A stretch of DNA of 64,000 nt from Pirellulales bacterium (GTDB lineage: Bacteria > Planctomycetota > Planctomycetia > Pirellulales > JAICIG01), in NCBI GenBank assembly GCA_040901675.1, contig JBBDYJ010000013.1:80536-144535 (forward strand), given 5' to 3'. Below, piece by piece: positions 58,222 through 64,000 of the stretch. The notes beneath the pieces were generated by a model. That model saw nothing but the letters and a program-made list of their open reading frames with translations. It ran no database searches and was not told the DNA's origin. The position numbers and the translations under genes are program-made. Every line of letters begins with the position of its first letter. Position 1 is the first letter of the stretch.

Positions 58222-58797
58222 ATGCCCGGTCGCAGCGACCTCTATGCCGCAATCGACGAGCGGCTCTGCCAATTGAACGATGAGGCCTTCGAGACGGCCT
58301 GCCTCTGGTGCGAGGACGGCTTCTTCGCCGGCAGTTTCGGCGTTCCCGATTACGAGGCCGTTCGGATCGAAGCGGAGGCCTTCGAGGCGCTGCTGGAGGC
58401 GGTGCACAAGAGCCGCCCCCTTCTCCGCGAGTTTCTCTCCTTTGCCCGGCTCGCGCGGCAGCGGATGGTCGACCAGTTCATGCTCTATGCCGTGTCGATG
58501 ACCCGATCCAAGACCGCGCTGGAACATGCCGAGATGCAGTACCGCGGCCTCCAGCAGAATGAAGAGGCCAGCGCGGCCCAGCGCGACGAGCTGGCCCGCC
58601 GGCGCGGCCAGTTGAAGGAAAAAATAGGCCGGTTGCGCGCGAGCTGCGATCATCGTCAGTTGGCCGAACGGATCAATGAGCGCTCGGGCACGCCGATCGT
58701 GGATGGGCTCCAGATTCGGGCGTTGGCCATTGTGCTGGGCGAAGATCGCGTGCTGCTCGACCGTTTCGCCGAGGCTGCCGGCGCGGCCAAACGTTGA
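58222..58797 (+). CDS. Hypothetical helical protein
   Basis: 191-aa ORF with normal GC3 bias and a coiled-coil segment. Confidence 0.65.
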   Translation: MPGRSDLYAAIDERLCQLNDEAFETACLWCEDGFFAGSFGVPDYEAVRIEAEAFEALLEAVHKSRPLLREFLSFARLARQRMVDQFMLYAVSMTRSKTALEHAEMQYRGLQQNEEASAAQRDELARRRGQLKEKIGRLRASCDHRQLAERINERSGTPIVDGLQIRALAIVLGEDRVLLDRFAEAAGAAKR

Positions 58798-58894
58798 TTG
58801 GTTTGCGCGCTGGAGCTTTCAAGTCCCTTTCAAACTCGCGCCGTACGCGCTGGACCAGCGCCGGCGAACCTTGCTCCCATCCGCTGACGGCATT

Positions 58895-60076
58895 TCACAC
58901 CGCAGGTACTTCGACGACTACCGCGCGCGGCCCGACGTGGGGCAGCCAGGTGCAAACACAGGCGGCCGCAAAGCTGCAGCCGGCAAATGCGTAGAAGGCG
59001 GCTTCGGGCCGGCCGAGATGGTTCGCGACGGCCATCGTGGCGGCCACGACCGCGCTGCCCACGGCCCAGGTGACGCCCATCGTGATCGAGTTGGCCACGC
59101 GCTGTGCGTCGGCCAGGAGCTGCTGGCCATAACTGACCAGCACGGGCGTGGTCACGCCCACCGCCAGCCCGATCAGACCGACGCACGACAACAGCACCGC
59201 GCCCTCGGCCTTGGGACAGGCAGCCAGAAGCGGCACCACCGCCAAGGGCATCAGCCAAAGCACGAGCCGCTCGTTGGCCCGCCTGACCACAACCGCGCAG
59301 GCAAGGCCGCCGGCCCCGATAGCCGCCAAAAAAACGGACTGCGCCACTCCCACGTCGAAGTTCGACCCTTGGCGCCCTTTAATCACGAACGCCAGGGCCA
59401 AGGGCACGCCCATGGCAGGCACGACGCGCAGCGCCCCGGTGGCCAGCAACAACCCGATCGCCGAGCCCTTCCCCTCGACCAGGCGCGAGAAACCGACGCG
59501 GTCGGCAGCCATCGCGACCGGTCCCGGCCGCAAGCGGCTTAGCCCGAGGGCCACCAGTGCCAGGCACGGCAGTCCCCAGGCAACGCTCCAGATCAGCGAG
59601 CCGAGGCCGAAGCGGTCCGTGAGCATGCCGCTGTACAGCGGTCCGGCCGCCTGTCCCAGGAAACCGCCTAACGCGAACAGCGACATCGCGCGGCTGCGAT
59701 TCTCCGGGGCGCAGGCGCCGGCCAGCGTGGCCGCCTCCGGATGAAAGGCGGCAATCCCGATTCCGCCCAGGACCAGCAGCACCACCAGGCCCACAAACGA
59801 GTCGACCAGCCCGACCGAGCCGAGGCAGATCACCGCCAGGGCCGGGCCCGCCCAGATCATCCAGCGGCCCCGGTAGCGGTCGCCCCAATAAGCCAGCGGC
59901 AATTGGACGAGCGACGTGGCCAGGCTCCAGAAGACGTAGGCCCATTGGATCGAGCCGTCGGCCAGGCCAAGCTGCTGCTTGAGGTCCGGCCACAGCGGCT
60001 GGATGATCGAGGCAAACGCGTCCACGACGAGATGCGCCAGCGACAGCAACAAGAGGAGTCGGGCCAGTTCGCTCAC
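58895..60076 (-). CDS. MFS transporter (Fsr-like)
   Basis: AHLVVDAF, QLPLAYWGDR, GIAAFHPEA, SLFALGG; about 12 TMs. Confidence 0.88.
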   Translation of the reverse strand: MSELARLLLLLSLAHLVVDAFASIIQPLWPDLKQQLGLADGSIQWAYVFWSLATSLVQLPLAYWGDRYRGRWMIWAGPALAVICLGSVGLVDSFVGLVVLLVLGGIGIAAFHPEAATLAGACAPENRSRAMSLFALGGFLGQAAGPLYSGMLTDRFGLGSLIWSVAWGLPCLALVALGLSRLRPGPVAMAADRVGFSRLVEGKGSAIGLLLATGALRVVPAMGVPLALAFVIKGRQGSNFDVGVAQSVFLAAIGAGGLACAVVVRRANERLVLWLMPLAVVPLLAACPKAEGAVLLSCVGLIGLAVGVTTPVLVSYGQQLLADAQRVANSITMGVTWAVGSAVVAATMAVANHLGRPEAAFYAFAGCSFAAACVCTWLPHVGPRAVVVEVPAV

Positions 60077-60201
60077 GCAAGGTGTCCGCTGGAAGGGAAT
60101 TTTTTCCGGGAATATTGAAACCGCGGCCAGCGAATAACTATATAACACGACAGCCCGGCCGCTCTACCCCGGGCGGCTCCCCTGCACCGCCGACTTTCAC
60201 C

Positions 60202-62724
60202 ATGCACTCGATCGGCATCCGCCGCCGCAACCGGGTCTGCTGTTTTCGCACAGGCTGCCGACGTTGGCTGGCGTTTCCATTGGCCGCTGCCCTGCTGGGC
60301 GGCCTGCTCGCACCGGGCCATGCCGCCGCCCAGGTGTTGATCCAGCAAACCCGAGGCGACTTGCCGGCGATTACCCGTTTGGTGCCCGCCGGCTTTCAGC
60401 GCGGCACCACGTTGGAACTAGTCATCGAAGGGCTCCGGTTCGACGGACTGCACGCGATCCTTGCGCCGCCGGGCATCCGGCTGGTCAAGCCTGCGGCCAT
60501 CGAAGAGAAACAGGCCCGCCTGGAAATCGAAGTCGCCGCCGACGCTCCCGCCGGCATCTTTCCGTTTCACGTGCTGTGCAAGGCCGGATTGTCGAACCCC
60601 AAGCTGATCCGCATCGACGAATTCCCACAGATCGTGGAACAAGAGGACAACAACGAGCTGGGGCAGGCCACGCCGGTCTCGTTGCCGTGCGCGGTCAACG
60701 CGACGATGACGGCCACCGACGTCGATTGTTTCCGGTTCGAGGCGGCGGCAGGGCAGCACGTTGTCTTCGACGTCGAAGCGCACCGGCTTGGTTCACCGAT
60801 CCGGCCGGTGGTCACCTTGTTCGATGCACAAGGCCGCCAACTGGCTGCCAGCGGCGCGCCGCCCGCCGACATCCGGCCCGACAACCGGCTGGAGTACACG
60901 TTTGCCAACCCCGGCACGTACATCGTCCGCCTGCACGACCTGACGTTCGAAGGGGCCGACTTCAGCGTGTACTACCTCCGCATGGGCGGCATCCAGTTCG
61001 CGGCCAGCATGTTTCCGCTGGGCGGCCAACGCGGGACCAAGGTGCCCGTGACGTTGTCCGGCGGCACGCTGGCCCAGGACCTGGTCCACCTGGTGGATCT
61101 CAGCGGAGAAGTACCGTGGTCGCGCACGCGGATCGTGGCCCAGGGCCCCGGCGGGCCGCTCGCTGCGCCGGCATTGTTCGCCGTGGGCGGCCACGCCGAA
61201 GCCTTCGAGCAAGAACCGAACGACGAGGCGCCTGAGGCCCAGGCGGTGACGGCGCCTGTCACGATCAACGGCCGCATTCAGCAGCCAGGCGACCGCGACT
61301 CGTTCGCTTTCGACCTGCCGGCGGGTGGTCGCGTGACGCTGCGCGTGCTGGCCCATGACTTGGGCAGCCCGCTCGATTCATTCATTACCATAACCGACGC
61401 CTCGGGCACCGAGCTGGCAACCGCCGACGACCGCGAAACGACGGGCCGCGAGCCGCCCGTTGTGCGGTCGGTGGCCCCCCAGGCGTCGTGTGATCCGCTG
61501 CTCGACTTCACGGCCCCCGCGGCGGGCAAGTTCGTGGTCACGATCGAAGACCGCTCAGGTTTTGGCGGCCCCAACTATGCTTACCGTTTGGAAGTGGCGC
61601 CCCAGCATGCCGACTTCGAGCTTCTGGCACAGCCCGGCCGGGCCATCCAGGCGCCCAATCCCCAGGCCGCCCAGCAGCAACCGCAGGTGCTCAACGAGTT
61701 CTCCGGGGCCGGCACCGGAGCGTTGAGCATCGATCGCGGCGGAACGGCCACCGTCGTCGTGCGTGCCATCCGCAACGGTTACAACGGCCCCATCGAGCTG
61801 GCGGTCGAGGGCCTGCCCGCCTCGGTCCAGGTCGGCCCGGCGGTGATTGCGGCCGGCCAGAACGAAACGGTGCTCGCCTTCAACGCCGACTTCGAGGCGC
61901 CCGGCACGGCCGCGTTCGTCAAAATTGTCGGACGCGCCGCGTTGGATGCCGCCCAAGGTCCCGGCCAAGCCGCGGTGTCGAGCATCGTTCGCCAGGTCGA
62001 GCAGCCGCTGGTCCTGTCCGCTTTGCCCATCAATGGGGCCGTACAGCATGAGGTCGGCATGATTGCGCTGGGCATCAGCCAGCAGGGCGCGGAGCTGGCC
62101 GTGCGCGGCAGGCTCGAGAGCCCGCTGGTGCAAGCGGGCACGGCGGTCCTCAAGGTGACCGTGCGGCGGCGCGAGGGATACGTGGGCGACGTGGCCCTGC
62201 GACTGCTGAACATCCCCACCGGGCTGTCCGCCAGCGCGGCATCCATCCCGGCCGGCAGCAATGAAGTCGAATTGCAACTGGCCGGCGGGCTGGACCTCTC
62301 ACCGGGTCGTCACGTCCTGCTCGTGGAAGGCACGCTGGCCGTTCCCGATCGACCGGAGCCGTTCGTGGCCAGCTTTCCCCTGGACTTCGACGTTCTGCCG
62401 CTGGTGGCCTTGGAGCTGGCGGCCCAGCAGGTGGAAGTAGCCGAGCAGTCGAGCACCAATGTCGACATCACGGTCCACCTTCACGGGCCGCTGGTCGAGC
62501 CGCTGGAGCTATCGCTGTCGGGTCTGCCAAAAGGCGTCAGCGTGGCCGCGACCACCATCCCGCCGGGCACCGAGCGTTTCGCGCTGGTGATCGAAGCCGG
62601 TGAAGGCGCATCGGCCAGCCCCATCCGCCGCATCGTTCAGGTCAAGGCCCGCACCCGGCTTGGCGAGCAGGTACTGGAGCTGCCCACCATGCGGTTCGCC
62701 CTGAAGGTGACCAAGGGTGGCTAG
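60202..62724 (+). CDS. Secreted PPC-domain protein (planctomycete peptidase-associated type, no protease motif seen)
   Basis: PAGFQRG, EQEDNN/EQEPND, DVDCFRF, FPLGGQRG, YRLEV repeats. Confidence 0.82.
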   Translation: MHSIGIRRRNRVCCFRTGCRRWLAFPLAAALLGGLLAPGHAAAQVLIQQTRGDLPAITRLVPAGFQRGTTLELVIEGLRFDGLHAILAPPGIRLVKPAAIEEKQARLEIEVAADAPAGIFPFHVLCKAGLSNPKLIRIDEFPQIVEQEDNNELGQATPVSLPCAVNATMTATDVDCFRFEAAAGQHVVFDVEAHRLGSPIRPVVTLFDAQGRQLAASGAPPADIRPDNRLEYTFANPGTYIVRLHDLTFEGADFSVYYLRMGGIQFAASMFPLGGQRGTKVPVTLSGGTLAQDLVHLVDLSGEVPWSRTRIVAQGPGGPLAAPALFAVGGHAEAFEQEPNDEAPEAQAVTAPVTINGRIQQPGDRDSFAFDLPAGGRVTLRVLAHDLGSPLDSFITITDASGTELATADDRETTGREPPVVRSVAPQASCDPLLDFTAPAAGKFVVTIEDRSGFGGPNYAYRLEVAPQHADFELLAQPGRAIQAPNPQAAQQQPQVLNEFSGAGTGALSIDRGGTATVVVRAIRNGYNGPIELAVEGLPASVQVGPAVIAAGQNETVLAFNADFEAPGTAAFVKIVGRAALDAAQGPGQAAVSSIVRQVEQPLVLSALPINGAVQHEVGMIALGISQQGAELAVRGRLESPLVQAGTAVLKVTVRRREGYVGDVALRLLNIPTGLSASAASIPAGSNEVELQLAGGLDLSPGRHVLLVEGTLAVPDRPEPFVASFPLDFDVLPLVALELAAQQVEVAEQSSTNVDITVHLHGPLVEPLELSLSGLPKGVSVAATTIPPGTERFALVIEAGEGASASPIRRIVQVKARTRLGEQVLELPTMRFALKVTKGG

Positions 62725-62888
62725 TGCCATCGATCTGTTGCCCAAGGCAGCCTCCGGATCATCGCAATCCGGATAGAATCAGGGCAGCTTGTTCCTTCGC
62801 GCCAGATTCCGCCTGTAGGGCGCACATGCGTTGCCGGGGGCTTCGAGCCCTTGGAAGCATAAGCGGTTGCCGGTTGCCTTAAACCGCC

Positions 62889-62979
62889 AAGAAAGTAGAA
62901 TGTCCCCCTTCTTTGCAAGCAAGAAAGTAGAATGTCCCCCTTCCTTGCACAAGAAAGTAGAATGTCCCCCTTCCTTGCA
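62889..62979 (+). repeat. Tandem array of AAGAAAGTAGAATGTCCCCCTTCYTTGCA (x3)
   Basis: Units start at 62889, 62921 and 62951. Confidence 0.9.
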
Positions 62980-63095
62980 GTAAGGTCCCACTGTGCTTCA
63001 TCTCCCACTGCGGCACCGCCTTCGCCATCATGGCCATCGCCTCCCTTGAGGGCGATCCAAAACGCTAGCCTGATGGTGCGTCAAATCTCGCCTGG

Positions 63096-63649
63096 TTACT
63101 TTCCGTACCATTCAATGTCGCACTTTGGGTGGGCCTTTTCGAAGGCCAAGACCGCCTCGGTGGTGACGGGCCGGTTAGCCGATAGGTCCGCATCCGTGAG
63201 GTTGGGAAGCCGGGCGAGATGCTGGAATACGTGATCCGTGACTCTGGTCATCGACAAACCCAGGGAAGTCAGCGATTGGCAATCAACCAATCGCTCCACG
63301 CCTGCGTCGTCGACTTCGGTGTGGTATACGTCCAGGTCCGTGAGACGCGGGTGGCGCGGCAGGTATTGCATGCCTGCGCTGGTGACCCGCGTCCCAGTGC
63401 GTTGTCGGCTTGGCCCTTGCGAAGGTTCACCTCCTCCACGCTTCCGAACAGCTCGGCGCCGAACCATTCTTCCAGGAGCGAAGGCTCGCGAATGCCCATG
63501 CGAATGTCGCCACCCGCCTGGCGGATGGCGGAGAATGCGGCCTTGCGCTGGTTTGCGTAATGCCCAAACCAGGCGAAGGCGATCGCCAAACAGGTGACGA
63601 CCAGCAAGCCGGTGCGAAGCGAGTATCGAAACCACCGGCTCTTGGACAT
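63096..63649 (-). pseudogene. Planctomycete LRR protein broken by a frameshift or internal deletion
   Basis: The RYSLRTGLL N-terminal frame switches near 63396 to the LRR frame (TRVTSAG..TEVDDAG..TRVTD..PKCDIEW). Confidence 0.7.
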
Positions 63650-63703
63650 TGGAAGTCCCTCGTTGCGCTGGTTCAAACAACCCCTCGTCGGCTGACGCGC
63701 CGA

Positions 63704-64000
63704 TCCCCCTGACTTTTTCGCCCCTACCCCACTGAAATCTCGGAAGACCCCAAAAACAAACACGGGCAGGAAGGGGGACATTCTACTTTCTTGAGGGCAG
63801 GAAGGGGGACATTGAGGGCAGGAAGGGGGACATTCTACTTTCTTGACGGGCAGGAAGGGGGAGGGCAGGAAGGGGGACATTCTACTTTCTTGGACAATTC
63901 CCACATCAAGATCAGAGAAGGAACCCGTTCTCGCCCTCGTCCCCCTGACTTTTTCGCCCCTACCCCACTGAAATCTCGGAAGACCCCAAAAACAAACACG
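63704..64000. repeat. Inverted copy of the 62889 array (5 full or partial units) flanked by a perfect 61-nt direct repeat
   Basis: GGGCAGGAAGGGGGACATTCTACTTTCTTG units at 63764-63894; 63704-63764 is identical to 63940-64000. Confidence 0.9.

Noticed and set aside
60202..62724. Subtilisin-type protease
   Set aside because: Only PPC and Ig-like repeats are seen; no D/H/S catalytic motifs
62889..62979. CRISPR array (29-nt repeats)
   Set aside because: The units are separated by only 1-3 nt, with no unique spacers and no cas genes in the window
63650..63904. ORF extension through the repeats (ESRMSPF/KVECPP)
   Set aside because: This is translation of the DNA repeat array, not a real protein segment

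Overview
High-GC window that looks like a Planctomycetota chromosome, probably Pirellulales. This is inferred from planctomycete-typical families: DUF1598, DUF1571, an RRLxxEPLExR-type extracellular signal, QFSLR/RYSLR N-termini, a 'FDPYHKWLGIP' J-like domain, a PPC-domain protein and mraZ-rsmH without ftsL/ftsI. From left to right it carries: (i) a four-gene minus-strand block of prenyltransferase-like, DUF362, ASPIC/UnbV FG-GAP and NHL genes; (ii) a divergent Flp/Tad pilus locus (flp, small ORF, cpaA, tadE, cpaB, cpaC, cpaE, but no cpaF/tadB/tadC) led by a clear c-di-GMP-I riboswitch in a long structured leader; (iii) housekeeping genes (ftsH, recQ, queA, mraZ-rsmH-LysM, skp-lpxC-lpxA-gnnA-like, peptidases, acyP); (iv) signalling genes, including a REC-HD-GYP whose HD motif is degenerate; (v) a more accessory right third with several gene relics (ECF sigma, DUF421, hydrolase, frameshifted ParE, broken LRR gene) and REP-like or tandem repeat arrays. 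The strongest leads are the multilayer RNA-level control of the Tad pilus (riboswitch, terminator, small ORF, CsrA-type GGA leaders), a candidate structured RNA between mraZ and rsmH, and inverted repeat arrays flanking a broken LRR gene at the right end. I saw no rRNA, tRNA, CRISPR array or intact transposase. All family calls come from motif recognition by eye; no searches were run.
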